A stretch of 63,166 bases of DNA, the filler included, from Octopus bimaculoides (lineage: Eukaryota): assembly GCF_001194135.2 (NCBI RefSeq). It is 5 parts of 5 records of this genome, joined end to end, with 100 filler letters (N's around TTAATTAATTAA, not from the genome) between each part and the next. Parts side by side here need not be neighbours in the genome. Positions count along the whole stretch, not along the records: positions 23,192 to 49,281 come from NC_068983.1; 4 more parts are not named here. The stretch is one strand, 5' to 3'. The notes beneath the pieces are model-generated. The model saw only the letters and a list, made by a program, of their open reading frames with translations. It did not search any database and was not told the origin of the DNA. Below, in pieces: positions 24,011 to 37,554 of this stretch; positions within the stretch are counted from its first letter, which is position 1, and every line of letters begins with the position of its first letter. Both the position numbers and the translations under genes were made by a program.

Positions 24011-24219
24011 CCTTTCTACTAAAGGGACAAGGCCTGAAATTTGTGGGGAAGAGACTAGTTGATTATCTCAACCCCAGTGTTTCACTGGTACTTAATTTAT
24101 CAACCCTGAAAGAGTGAAAGGCAAAACCGACCTTGGCAGAATTTGAACTCAGATCATGCAGATTGGTGAAATGCTACTAAGCATTTTGCCCAGAATGCTA
24201 ATGATTCTGCCAGCTCACC
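24011..24219 (-). mobile_element. SINE family C, CpG-decayed
   Basis: The reverse complement begins ggtgagctggcagaatcattagc. Confidence 0.8.
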
Positions 24220-24220
24220 A

Positions 24221-24353
<133 letters not shown>

Positions 24354-24354
24354 C

Positions 24355-24745
24355 ATCATCATCATCATCATCGTTTAACATCCGCTTTCCATGCTAGCAT
24401 AGTTTGGACGATTTGACTGAGGACTGGTGAAACCAGATGGTTACACCAGGCTCCAATCTGATTTGGCAGAGTTTCTACAGCTGGATGCCCTTCCTAATGC
24501 CAACCACTCCAAGAGGGGGTGCTTTTACGTGCCACTGGCACAAAGACCAGTCAGGAGGTACTGGCAACAGCCATGCTTGAAATGATGTATTTTATGTGCC
24601 ACCTGCACAGGAGCCAGTCCAGCGGTACTGGCAATGAACTCGCTCGAATATCTTTTCATGTGCCAGGAAGGCAACATTGGTAACGATCACGCTCAAATGG
24701 TGCTATTTACGTGCCACCGGCACGGAAGCCAGACAGCTAGTGCTC
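24355..24745 (-). mobile_element. RTE-derived 3'UTR repeat (family D)
   Basis: catcatcgtttaacatccgctttccatgctagc...ctggatgcccttcctaatgccaaccac; the same tail terminates the RTE fragment at 44300-44840. Confidence 0.75.
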
Positions 24746-25380
24746 AATAATAATAATAATAATAATGATGCAGTACCAGGCAGTGGCTCTCATGGCTTCT
24801 GATCTTAACAGATTGGAAGTGTTATCATGTACATGATAACATGTACTGATCTGCACCAACAAGGCCTTCTCCTGAGATAAATTCCTTACTTACCAAGAGA
24901 TTCCATATTTCTTTCATGTCTTGGATGTTTAAAAACTAGTTTTAGAGATGCTTCTTTCAAAATTCCTTATTTTGTTTGTTGCACATTCCCTTGTGTTGGT
25001 TGAACTGCGTAAAAACATTAGAGAAAGAATCCTAGCTGTTTCTTGTAATAAATACATCTAAAGCCAAAAAATTTTACATGGACCTTTACTGTTTCACTTG
25101 CATGTACTCCCCCTCCTCAAGAATCTTGTATAAACCCCCAGGGCTCATATGGCCCCCCGGTTGAGAACCACTGGTCTAAGCCAACAACAACATTTTCATA
25201 ATCATCAACATTATCATTATCAGTAGCAGCATCATTACCATTTTTATCATCATGTAGATTACCATTATCTTTGGTGTATTCTAATTCCATTCTGCAGGAA
25301 TTTATTTATTTTTAATATCAAAAATATTTAATATTCTCTCTGTCTCTCTTTCATTTTCTCTTTCACACACACTCCCTCTT

Positions 25381-25418
<38 letters not shown>

Positions 25419-26246
25419 GTCCTTTCTCTCCCATTCCTCTGTTCCTCTTCTAATTCTATGCCATTTGGATTGGCAAGAAGAAAAATGTCAGCCCCCACCC
25501 CACCTTTGGTCAATAAACTGGTTTTGTTTTTTTTATCTTAGAGAGATTAACTCCCTGACATTTAGAGACAAGTGATAAACTCAGCATTAATCTACTGGGC
25601 TCCTCCTCCTTCTCCTCCACTCCTTCCCTTTCTCCTTCACTTCCTCCTCCTCTCCAGATATATTTTACCAGGGAGTCATACAAGAAAATATCTCTTGTAA
25701 TCACTCTTCACTCTGAGTGTCTTATTGGTCATTGTAGTCAGTGATTTCCAAAATGGCACCAGCTTCAAATTGGAAAGAATTTGAAGCATCCTTAAAGAAA
25801 TTCACTTGTGTGCTGTTTGTCTGTTTCTCTCTCCCTTTCTCCTTTCTCTTTTTTAGAAATAACACACACACACACACACACACACATTATCTACATAATT
25901 TATTCATTTTATTGTCTTTCTCTTCTTTTCCTCTTTCCCTCCTTTTAATTCTGCCTCTTTCTCTTTCTCTCTCTTCCTTCTCAGCTTCTCTTCCAGTTTA
26001 TTCTTTTATCCTCACTAACACACACTCACACACATGTGTGGAGATACTGATATATATAGATACATATTTAAGTTTACTTTTGTGTGTGTGTATGTATGTA
26101 TGTACGTACACTCACATTATAGCTGAGAGGCCCCATTGATTGGAAATAAGTAATTCTGAATACAGGAAATCAGAGCCTTTCAGTTATAATTTATTAAAGA
26201 ATACTCTGTGTATTGAGCCCTCTAATATATCTCTTCTGGAGAATAA

Positions 26247-26344
<98 letters not shown>

Positions 26345-27899
26345 ATATATATGTGTGAGTTGAGTGAAAGAAGAAAAATCTGGTTTCCTTTGATAAAATA
26401 ATAAATTACTAAAAATAATAAACTTATTTCAGTTTCTCATTTTAAAATACAAATTAACATTTATTTTGACTTTATCAATAGAATGGCCCATAAAAGCAAT
26501 TCTTTTCCAAAAATTAAACATTTCCTAATTAGATACTGCTTCTGTTGTTATTGTTGTTGTTGTACAGTTGTGCTCGTTACTGTAACAGCTGTTTCTAGCC
26601 TTCTTTTCTGCTGCCACTATAACCTTTGCTATTGTTGTTGGTGTTTCTCTTATTAATATTCTCCTTTAATATTATTGTTGCTGATTTTGTTATTGCTTAT
26701 TTATGATCTTGCTAAACAATTGTCCTTGTGCTTTTTGTTGTTGTTATTGTTGTTGCTTTCACTTACTACTACTACTACTACTACTATTACCACCATCAGC
26801 AAGTATTGTTGTATCTTAATAATAATAATTATACTTATGATAGTGTCAAGGCTACCTGTTTTATTTGCTGTTGTCAATGCTGTTATTATTGCAGTTGTGG
26901 CTGACCATTATTGTCTTTTCATCAAAGTTCTTCATTGCTATGTTACTGCCATGATCACCATCACTTACACTAATTATTACCTATACTACAATCATTATTC
27001 TTTGTAATGCTACTACTTAATGATATATCATTGTCATTATTATGGCTATGATTGCCTACCATCACCACCGAAGCCTTTCATCTCAACTATCGCTATCTCT
27101 ACTTATCCTATTTTCTGTCCTTATGACACACACCTTAGTTCAATCATCATAATGTTTGCTGGCAGCATCAATAAGATTAATTTTTGAATGTGGTGTTATT
27201 TATTCTAATTATCAGTATACTAGCTGAGGTACCCTGTAAAAATATTGCTGTTAATAAGACATCTGTTGATAGCCATGAAACATTTTTCGTCAAATTTCGG
27301 TATTTTGCAAAAATTTGAAATTTATATTAATGGGTAGAACCAATTTGACAAAAAAAATTAGCAGAGTCTGGTAGCAAATCCATATCATCGTCATTTTTGT
27401 GCATGTGCATAAAATGGCAAAATTTTATGCTTTGGGGCAGATTTCATCAAACTGATATCACAACAGCTAGTGCGCAAAATGCCTAAATTTTGCTTGAGAA
27501 ATAAAATGGTCTTACCTAATCAAAACCTGAAATGCTAGGGAATTAAAACAACGAATTGAAATAAGTTTTAGCAAATCAAAACAATTTGCATTGAAATGAA
27601 GAATTAGCACCTTTGCCTGAGGTGGAGTTTCTTTTCTGCAGATCCACCACTGTTTAGCTCCCTTGAGAATTTGTTACCACTGATAGGGTAATGTGAATGC
27701 TAGTAGGTTAAAAGTATTACTGATATTATTTATGTTCTGAGTTCAAATCCAACCACAGTTGACTTTGCTTTTCATCCTCTTGGGACCAAAAAAAAAAAAG
27801 TACAGTCAAATATTGGGGTCAATAGTATTAACTTAATCACCTAGTATTTCATTCATCACTGCTGCTCTGACTATTCTCTTATATCCTTCATACACTAGT

Positions 27900-28205
27900 T
27901 AATGTGCATGGTTCGATGGTGAGGAGAAAACAGCTCACGGTCATAAGGTCATGAGTTCAATTCCCGGTGGCACATTGCTTCCTTGAACAAGAAACTTTAT
28001 TTCACGTTGCTCCAGTTCACTTAGCTGACAAAAATGCATTGCACCTGTATTTCAAAGACCCAGCCTTGTGACATTCAGTGTTATGCTAAATCTCCCTAAC
28101 AACTACATTAAGGATATCCATGTCTGTGGAGTGCTCAACCACTTTTTGCATGTTAACATCACAAGCAGACTGTTCTGTAGATTGAATCAACTGGGACCCT
28201 CATCG
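27900..28205 (+). mobile_element. SINE family A, CpG-decayed
   Basis: Colinear with 20305-20689 and 56826-57158. Confidence 0.75.
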
Positions 28206-28206
28206 T

Positions 28207-28721
28207 CAGTGGTTTCCAAAGTAGGGGGTATTGCCCCCCTGAGGGCAGTGGAAAGTTCCAAGGACGCATTGAACAAAAGTGGGCAATAATGGAGTAGTGA
28301 TTCATGTAAAAAGTGGGGCAATAATGGGGTAGTGATTCATGTAAAAAGTGGGGCAATAATGGGCTAGCAATTCATGTAAAAAGTGGGGCAATAATGGGCT
28401 AACAGTTCATGTAAAAGTGGGGAAATAATGGGTTAGCAATTCATGTAAAAAGTGGGGCAATAATGGGCTAGCAATTCATGTAAAAAGTGGGGCAATAATG
28501 GGCTAGCTGTTCATATAAAAAGTGGGGCAATGAGGTAGCGATTCATGTAATAACAACAAAATAATGGGTTCATTAGGTTAAGTTTTATATGTGAAATACA
28601 GTTGCTTTGAATTTGCTTCGGAAAGAGGTCTATGTTTGTGATGGGTAGTTGGGGTGGGTGCACTAAGAATGTGGCCTGGGTGTCAAGGGGGCAGCTGCCC
28701 GAAGACGTTTGGGAACCACTA
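28207..28721. mobile_element. hAT/Charlie-like MITE containing a 35-bp minisatellite
   Basis: TIRs CAGTGGTTTCCAAA and TTTGGGAACCACTA; no clear 8-bp TSD. Confidence 0.65.
28273..28550. repeat. 35-bp minisatellite, ~8 units
   Basis: Unit aaaaagtggggcaataatggg(g/c)tag(tg/ca)attcatgt. Confidence 0.9.
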
Positions 28722-29032
28722 TCATTCTTGTTTCTCTCTCCTATTGTTCACTGATTTGGTCTTTATTAACCATTCTGTTATTACCTTCTCTACTCTTACT
28801 ATTGTCATCATCACCACTGCTTCAGTATTGTTACTACTAACACAAACAGCTATACTCTTACTATTATTCCTGTTAGTTGCTTATTATTATCACTAACCAC
28901 TTGCCAAATACTACTACTACTGCTATTACTAACAGAGTTTCTGTTACTTGTAGCAATGCATCATTTTATACTGCTACTAAACACCAACACCACATTCATT
29001 ATTATTTTCATTATTATTATTATTATATTCTA

Positions 29033-29235
29033 GGTGGGCAAAATGCAGGCAAAATGCTGCCAAGCATGGGTGCCAGTTCAGATTCTGCCAAGGTTGATTT
29101 TTGCCTTTCATCTTTTTGGGGTCAATAAAATAAGCACCAATAGAATAGAACTCTGACATCAATGTAATCAACTAATACTTCCTCCTCACAAAATTGCCAG
29201 CCTTGTGCCTAGCCTATAATAGAAAGAATTTTTAT
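29033..29235 (+). mobile_element. SINE family C, CpG-decayed
   Basis: gcaaaatgctgccaagcatgg...gttcagattctgccaaggttgatttttgcctttcatc. Confidence 0.65.
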
Positions 29236-29267
29236 TATTGACACTGTTTCCCCTGAGGTAATTGTTC

Positions 29268-29590
29268 ATTGTCGTTTAACATCCACATTCCATGCTGGCA
29301 TGCGTAGGACAGGTTCACTGAGAACTGGCAAACCAGGAGGCTGCACCAGGTTCCAGTCTGATTTAGCAAGGTTTCTACAGTTGGATGCCCTTCCTAATGC
29401 CAACCGCTCTGAAAGTGTAGTGGGTGCTTTTACGTGTCACTAGCACAGGATCCAGTCAGGCAACAGTAGCACTGGCCACACTCAAATGGTACTTGTTACA
29501 TGCTATCGGCTTGGGTTCCAATCAGACAGCACTGACATTGACCTTACTTGAATGGTGCTTTTTATATACCACCAGTATGGGTGCCAGTCA
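29268..29590 (-). mobile_element. RTE-derived family D copy
   Basis: tcattgtcgtttaacatccacattccatgctggcatg...ggatgcccttcctaatgccaacc. Confidence 0.7.
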
Positions 29591-32500
29591 TAATATTATA
29601 GTAAAGACCCTATAGTAAAAGTCCTTTGTGAATTGAACCTGTAGATTGTTTGCAATCATCACCAGTAGCTCAGTAAAGTTTCGTGAGGTTTTTTTCCCTT
29701 CATTCCATTGTTTGAGATCAATACTACCAGTGAACGAAGCATTTATCTTACCTTCTTCATCAATGATACATTATATATATATATATGTATATATGATGTG
29801 AATGTATACATGTTGATGGGTGTTGTGTGTCATTGAGAAATTATTGTTGTGGTTGCCATGGCCACAGCAACACAGCTGTAGTGTAGCGACACACACACAC
29901 ACACACTTCCAACCTCTCAACATATCCTGTGGATTTATGATTAATGAGTTCTATTCTCTGAACTAATCTACTGCTAACTCTGCTCTCACTAAAAACACAC
30001 ACTGTGTGTGTATGTGTGCTTGTGTGTGCAGAATACAATTTCAGTTTTGATATATGAGTGCAAAAACAAGCCACATGCATCAGATGAATAATTTAGGTAA
30101 TGGTCTATAAATGAAGCTGAGAGGAAACTATTGTCCCCGTCATAATTGATAGCTAATTTATGGTTAAGGACAACTCCTTTGTCAAGAATATCAAATGCGA
30201 TGACGATGGTGATGACGGTGATGGTGATTTTCATTTTCCTGCTTTTGCTTGAATTAATTTTCCTATACTACATTGGGTAGAGTAGTTAGAGCAATTATTC
30301 CTACAGTTAGATGTCTTTCCTATCACTAAAATATTCAGTTATGATCTAGGACAATGGATTTGCTGGTCTACTGTATGGCTGGTTTACTTCTGTGGTCATT
30401 GGCCTGTTTGATCAAGGTTGCTCGTTGATCTGCAGCTATACAACAGTAAAATATTCTTCATTAAAATTAGAGTACATCTTGTTTTTGTCAGTCAGGCAAA
30501 TCAAGTAAGCATTGAAGTATTTTGATTGTGGGACAACAGCAGAAACTGTTGTCAGGTTTAAATTATATACCTTGCACAAGGGCTATCGGCAGTGGCTGTA
30601 TTGGTGTTAAAATTTATATCTGCATGTGGTCAATAGATCAGCACAACTGTTGACTCATTGATGATGGTGAAAATGATTTCTGAGTTCCAAACCAGTTTTA
30701 TGCCAGAATCATCTCCTGTACATTAATATTTTTATCAACCATCGAAAGGCGAAAAGCAAAGTCAATTCTAGCAAAATTTGAACTCCAGACTAAGTTTGTC
30801 CCTTCTTAAAACTTTAACATTTCATTTTTCCTATTAAAGTAGGGGTTAATTTTGTGGCCTTCTCCATTTCTGATAACACTCATCACAGTTGCCTTTGTGG
30901 CAGTGCTTTATGGTTGGATGCTCTTCCTGTCACCAACCCTGTTTTAGTTACCTAAGTTTGACTCCATGTTTGTAAATGTATTTAGTATTGGCTATTTTGA
31001 TTTAATACTACTGTTATTATGCATACCAGATTTTTATTCAGCCAAGTGACTGTTTGCAACATCAGTGAATATTTTATTCACTGATTCTGTCAGTAGTGAC
31101 AAATTCTTGCCCTGGCAAATGGCTAAGTGTGAATCCATGTCATTAAAAAATCCCTAAAATGCTGGAATACATTTGGTATTGTTTCTGGCCACTTGCTGCT
31201 AGGGTGATTTTTTTTTTTTTTTCATCTCCCTCTAATATTAGAGTTTTTAACATAACTTAAGAGATGTCATCTCTGAACAAGTATCACAATAACTGGCCTA
31301 TCAATGGTGTATATACATTAAGTATGATGCATAGATTGCTTTTTAAATCTAATAATGCTTCAATCACTTTCACCAGATTTATATTTAATATTTGTCTTGT
31401 CAGTATCCCTACTCTAATAAATTATCATTAGAACCATTACTTAGATCACAAAACATGTCTGGAACTAGGGTACAGTTCACTTGTTAAACTAACCTTATTC
31501 CTTGACTGATACTACTTTTTTTTTTATTGACCTCAGAAAGATAAAAAGTAGCATTGGCTTTAAGTGAATTTGAAATCAGAATTCAAAGGAGTTCAACTAA
31601 ATCTATGAATAAATAGTACTGAGTCTGTCACTAAAGCAATGTTGGTACCAAAATATTTATAATGTAGTTTATTTTCTTCAAAGAGAAATAGATTTACCAA
31701 GAAGTATGAGAAAGATCAATTCTTAAAACATTTTAGATGAAATCATAATTCCTACCATTTTCTGGCAAACAAGTCAACACAGTATATCATGTAAACATGT
31801 AGTGTAAACATGTAGTGTAAACATTCAACAATTGTCAATATCTTTTCGAATCTTGCTGCAGCATTTCACATGGAATTTTTTTGTTCTCCAAAGTTGTCTT
31901 GGTATATAAGTTGACCTGCAGGTTTTTTTTTTTTTTTTTTTTCTGTAAATTTTGGTCTTGACTTTCTCAGACCAAAATTTATACACCAAGATAAGTCAAC
32001 GGTCAATGTAAACTTTGGTCAGAAAAATTCGACTTGTATGCTGTAGAATTGCAGNNNNNNNNNNNNNNNNNNNNNNNNNNNNNNNNNNNNNNNNNNNNNN
32101 NNNNNNNNNNNNNNNNNNNNNNNNNNNNNNNNNNNNNNNNNNNNNNNNNNNNNNNNNNNNNNNNNNNNNNNNNNNNNNNNNNNNNNNNNNNNNNNNNNNN
32201 NNNNNNNNNNNNNNNNNNNNNNNNNNNNNNNNNNNNNNNNNNNNNNNNNNNNNNNNNNNNNNNNNNNNNNNNNNNNNNNNNNNNNNNNNNNNNNNNNNNN
32301 NNNNNNNNNNNNNNNNNNNNNNNNNNNNNNNNNNNNNNNNNNNNNNNNNNNNNNNNNNNNNNNNNNNNNNNNNNNNNNNNNNNNNNNNNNNNNNNNNNNN
32401 NNNNNNNNNNNNNNNNNNNNNNNNNNNNNNNNNNNNNNNNNNNNNNNNNNNNNNNNNNNNNNNNNNNNNNNNNNNNNNNNNNNNNNNNNNNNNNNNNNNN

Positions 32501-33561
32501 NNNNNNNNNNNNNNNNNNNNNNNNNNNNAAAAAAAAAAAAAAAAAAAAAAGACTAGAAAGAAAAGAATCACACATCATGACAAAAAATTAATGAATGTGA
32601 TGTGATTTTGTTGATGGTGATGGAGGAGGAGGAATGAGGATGTTGATGATGATGATGATGATGTTTATTACTTGCATGTCTTATTATTATTATTATTATT
32701 ATTATATGTGTCCATATAAGTTGTAAAGGCTTGGTTGTTGTGGATGTAAATGGTGTTGATGTTGTGGCTTATATCATTTTTGTTGACCACCTTTTGATGT
32801 TGATCATTGTCTATTGTTTGGCTTTTTGTTGTTGTTGTTATTGTATTTGTATTTCAGCTTTTATCAGACAGTTGTATTATTTACCATTTCTCATTTGATA
32901 AAGCAACAAACTTGTGTAATGTTTACTTATTTTGTCAAAATTTACACCACAGAAGGTACTTTCCATCTTATTGTATTATTCCACATTTGGCCATCAGCCA
33001 GATTCCACCCCACTCTCACCCCCCTGTATCCAGGGACCGAACCGGCTTGTCAAGAGTCTCCAGTTCCCTTTCTGTTGTGCTGCATGCATACACCCAGAGC
33101 CAGGCTCTTTTTTCCAGTGCATCAGACCACAAATGTCATTAACAGCCTCTTCATCTCTTCCCCTTTACACATTCTATCAAGAAACAGACTTGTTACTCGT
33201 TCAAACATGCCTGAGGCACGTTTGAACCTGTAAGCAGGCCATTCACTGCATTTTGTGATGGAGAAAATTTCATGTTGTAGACAGAAAGGTGTAAATACAT
33301 CCAGTCAACTCACAGTTATCCCTAACCAGACTGTTGGAAGCATGCATTTCAGAGTTGTTATCTCCTCCTCAGCTGCAGAGACCAGAAAGGCAGACACTGC
33401 AAACTGACATGAGAGACTGGTCCCTCTCAGGATATTCTCATCTATCAGGATGTCTTGGGCAGGGATTTGTGGTACACAGTACATCCAGGTGATTATGATA
33501 ATGTAGATTAAGGCAGGGAACCAACAGAATTATTCTTTATTTTTTTACTTGTTTCAGTTAT

Positions 33562-34187
33562 TTGTCCAGCAAATATGGTGGTTGGGGCATCATCTCTCAT
33601 TCAAACTGTTCTAGCCTTTGGAATGTCATCCTCACTTTATGTGGCCGAGCATTATCCTGATGGCAGAACACCTTCCGTCTTGAAACCAAAGATGGTTGTT
33701 TTTCGTCCAGTGCATATCTCAGTGAATGGTTGAATGACCAAATCCAAGCTTCTCTGCTAGTTCCTCAACAGTTCTGTTAGGAGTTTGCTTCACCAGGGTT
33801 TACAGGATGTCCTTGTTGAGCTCTACAGATCTTCCAGGATGAGGCTCGTCTTCTAGGCTGAAGCTTCCAGCTCGGAATTTCTGGAACCACCATTGACACT
33901 GGCTTACACTTATTGTTCAATATTCCTTGCACTTTCTGTTGCATTGTTTTCTTTATTGAACTCATAAAGCAAAATGTGCCAAATATGCTCCTTTGTCACT
34001 TCCATTGTAGCCTTGAAAAAAATCATCATCTTGAACTGCACTCTTCAAAACTTGCACTAAGAATAAGCACAAGGTAAATTTACTACCAGCCTATATAGCA
34101 AGTTGATGCAGGTAGTTTATCCCATCCCCCTCCAACTTTTAGTTTATGCAATTGTAAAAACCACATTATTTATGGGACAACCCAATA
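33562..34187 (-). mobile_element. Internally deleted mariner transposon remnant
   Basis: 5' TIR TATTGGGTTGTCCCATAAATAATG (minus strand, from 34187); HTH fragment QCQWWFQKFRAGSFSLEDEPHPGRSVELNKDIL*TLVKQTPNRTVEELAEKLG; catalytic fragment QDNARPHKVRMTFQRLEQFE*EMMPQPPY. Confidence 0.85.
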
Positions 34188-34264
34188 CTTGAACCACTAA
34201 AATATGATTTCATATTTAATATCCTTTTAAGATGGAATTTTTAACAAGGACTGTGAAAGAGCAT

Positions 34265-34850
34265 TGGGTCTCATGGAAGCCATGACAAGTGACTGAGACC
34301 TTTAGTGATATGCTGTGCTTGAGAAGACCCATCAAGCCAAGTGAAATTACTCTCCTGGCCGATGCCAGTGTCATGTAATCAGCACTTGTGTCTGTAGCAT
34401 GTAAAAGGCACTCTTCGATTGCTAGGCGATATGTTGTGCTTGAGAAGACATGTCAAGCCAAGTGAAATCATAGTTGTGGCCAATGCCAGTGTCACATATC
34501 TGGCACCCATGCTGGTGACACATATAAAGCACTCTTCAAACTTTGGACTTCACAGAGGCTGTGTCAAGTGACCAAGATCTTTGCGATGTATTTTGTTTGA
34601 GAAGACCTGTCAAAGCCAAGTGAGATTACAGTCATGGCCATTGGCAGTGTTTTGTAACTGGTACCCATGCTGGTGGCATATAAAATGCACCCACTACTCA
34701 CTCAGAATAGTTGGCATTAGGAAGGGCATCCAGCTGTAGTAACCATACCAAATCAGAATGAAACCTGTTGCAGCTCCCCAGCTTACTAGTTTTCAGTCGA
34801 ACCGTCCAACCCATGCCAGCATGGAAAATGGGCATTGAATGATGATGATG
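34265..34850 (+). mobile_element. RTE-derived family D copy with three internal subrepeats
   Basis: tgcttgagaagac...caagccaagtga recurs three times; the copy ends ggcattgaatgatgatgatg. Confidence 0.7.
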
Positions 34851-35394
34851 ATAATGACAAAGTCACCCAGAGTTAAAACCTCACATTAATGCTACATATT
34901 AATCATTGATCAAGCAAAAGAATAGACTTCTTGCAGGGTCACAAGGCCTGGTAGAAATAGAAACTAAAACCTCATTATCTCTTATTATCCCAACAAACAG
35001 AAACTGCCATGTTAAATCATAACAATGTAGAATCTGAAATATATTCTACACTAGAATCTTGTGGGCTCTAATCTGTATGATTGACACTTAACTCTCCCTG
35101 GCTTCGCAGTGCTGTGCTGGCATCAAAGTCTGTTGGTGTTTATCACTTCTTGACTTTTATTTTGGTTACTTGACCCTCTAGAAAAAACAATGATCTGTCT
35201 TGAAAAACCATTCATTGAAGGAAGCCACATTGGTTAATGTTAGTCTTAGATACAGGACTGTTTTAGCAGCATTATGACCCCCTGCTCTACCAGGCAAATC
35301 AATGTACAGGGCTTTATTCTATTTACTTATTGACAGCATACATAGCCACAACGGAGACCTAAATCAGTGCAGTGGGCTCTATAAGTTTATATAA

Positions 35395-35682
35395 CTGGCA
35401 CCTTGTCGCTTTCAATGATGAGTGTCCCAGTCAATCTGATCAACAGAACAGCCTCTTCGTGAAATTAACATACGTAGTTCTCAGGGAGATTCTGTGTGCC
35501 ACAGAATATGACATGGCTGGTGCTTTGAATTACAGGTACAACTCATTTCTGCTAGCTGAGTGGACTGGAGCAATGTGAAATAAAGTGTTTTGCTCAAGGA
35601 ACACAATGTCTTGCTGGGTATCAAACCATGACTTTGTGATCATGAACCAAATACTCCTCCCCACTGAGCCATGTGCCTTCAC
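35395..35682 (-). mobile_element. SINE family A, CpG-decayed
   Basis: The reverse complement begins gtgaaggcacatggctcagtgg and includes the CORE-like cacattgctccagtccactcagc. Confidence 0.75.
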
Positions 35683-35984
35683 AAGGTCCTATAGTATTTG
35701 CTCATTGGTATATATCTAGATCAAAATTAGGTCCCTCAACCCAGCCCATGTTTTAAGAGATCATTGCCTAGAAAATGTGTCACAGAATAGTCACAGCTCA
35801 TATAAGACTTGATACTAGAGATATGTTTAAGGTGCTGGCATGGCTGCGTGATAATATGCTTGCTTACCAGCCTTGGTCAAACCATCCAACCCATGCCAGC
35901 ATGGAAAACAGATATTAAAAGAGGATGGGGATGAAGTGTCACCATCATGCAAGTGGTGTCCCTCATTTCTGGTCTTCTGGGAAA

Positions 35985-36200
35985 AACTCATCAGGCCATG
36001 CTGGAGCACTGCCTTTAGTCAAACAAATCGACTTAGCCTAGTACTTATTCTATCAGTCTCTTTTTCCAAACCGCTAGGTTACGGGGGTGTGAACATGCAA
36101 ACATCGGTAGGGGGACAAACACACACAAATACATATATATATATATATACACATACAATGGGCTTCTTACAGTTTCCACCTACCAAATCCACTCACTTTC
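35985..36200 (-). mobile_element. SINE family B
   Basis: ggccatgctggagcactgcctttagtc...ccgctaggttacggggg...cagtttccacctaccaaatccactcac. Confidence 0.7.
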
Positions 36201-36272
36201 AATAGTTTATTCAAAACTGAAGTTATATGGAGATAAATGTATATAATATATAACTAGTATATATGTATGTTT

Positions 36273-36612
36273 GTGAAGGCACATGGCTCAGTGGTTAGAG
36301 CAACCGAGCTAACAATCGCGAGGTTGTGAGTTCAATTCTTGGACTGGGCTGCATGTTGTGTTCTTGAGCAAGACACTTTATTTCACGTTGCTCCAGTTCA
36401 CTTAGCTGTAGAAATGAGTTGTCATCACTGGTGCCAAGCTGTATTGGCCCCTTTGCTTTTCCTTTGGATAACATCGGTAATGTGGAGATGGGGAGGCTGG
36501 TATGCATGGGCGACTGCTAGTCTTCCACAAACAACCTTGCCTGGACTTGTGCCTCGGAGGGGATCTTTCAAGGTGCAATCCCATAGCCATTCATGACCGA
36601 AGGGGTCACCCA
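36273..36612 (+). mobile_element. SINE with family A head and a different 3' tail
   Basis: gtgaaggcacatggctcagtggttagagc...gtgagttcaattc...cttgagcaagacactttatttcacgttgctccag. Confidence 0.75.
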
Positions 36613-36624
36613 TATATGTATGTC

Positions 36625-36810
36625 ACATTAACATCATTTAACATCTGTTCTCCATGCTGGCATGGATGGTTTGACAGGACCTGGCAAAGCCAGGAATCAC
36701 CCTTGGTTCCTTAATCTGTTTTGGCATGCTTACTCTTCCTAATGCCAACCACTTTACAGACTGTACTGGATGCTTTTTATGTGGAGCCAGCACCAGTGCC
36801 TTTACCATGG
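36625..36810 (-). mobile_element. RTE-derived family D copy (old)
   Basis: catcatttaacatctgttctccatgctggcatgg...cttcctaatgccaaccac. Confidence 0.65.
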
Positions 36811-37454
36811 TACTAGCACTCATGTCTAGAAACTGAGCTTGGGGGTAAGCAAGGGCCTACACTCCATAGAAAATCCAGCTCCAAAAAAGCCTCAAGGTAA
36901 CAGAGGAGAATGAGCACCAGCCAGAACAAAGGTTGGGGTAGGCTGCACCTGCCTACCTCGGTTGCTATGACATTGAGGTAGATCCTGCTACCCCCATTAA
37001 CAAGGACAAAACCCATATTTAAAATTCTGGATGATAATGATGATGACTGGATACATATATATGTGATTTTGTGGCTGTTTGAGTAATGCAAACCAGCTTA
37101 TTGGTGCTTCTAAATGCATGACTGCATGTTTGTTTCAGTGTATGTGTGTGTATATGTACGTATCTATGTATATATGTATATACAGCTACAATATTAATTT
37201 CCCAGAATCTTTAGTTTCAAAGCTTTTCTGGATTTCGTAACTATGATGGTCACCTCTAAATTAAATAAATGTTAAATTTATTCAGGTAATCAAATGAAAT
37301 ACAGGTACCTGTACATTGGTATAAATGATACAAGTTTATTAATAATGTACTGTGCAAGGTATCGGTAAACTAGTCTGGTAGCCATGGGAATTTGAAGTTT
37401 CAGTTGGTGAATTAAAGAAGTTCCAGACCAACAGAATTTGAAAAGTCGGTGTCA

Positions 37455-37494
<40 letters not shown>

Positions 37495-37554
37495 ATATTA
37501 ATAGTAATAATAATATTAGGGGTAAAAATCCAAAATTACAGGTAAAAACTCAGA

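Noticed and set aside
25741-25810. MAPASNWKEFEASLKKF as an upstream exon of the BAH gene
   Set aside because: No resemblance to the expected pre-BAH sequence and no suitable donor; it runs into microsatellite.
28273-28550. Regular repeats as a CRISPR-like array
   Set aside because: The units are contiguous with no unique spacers, in a eukaryotic context inside a MITE.
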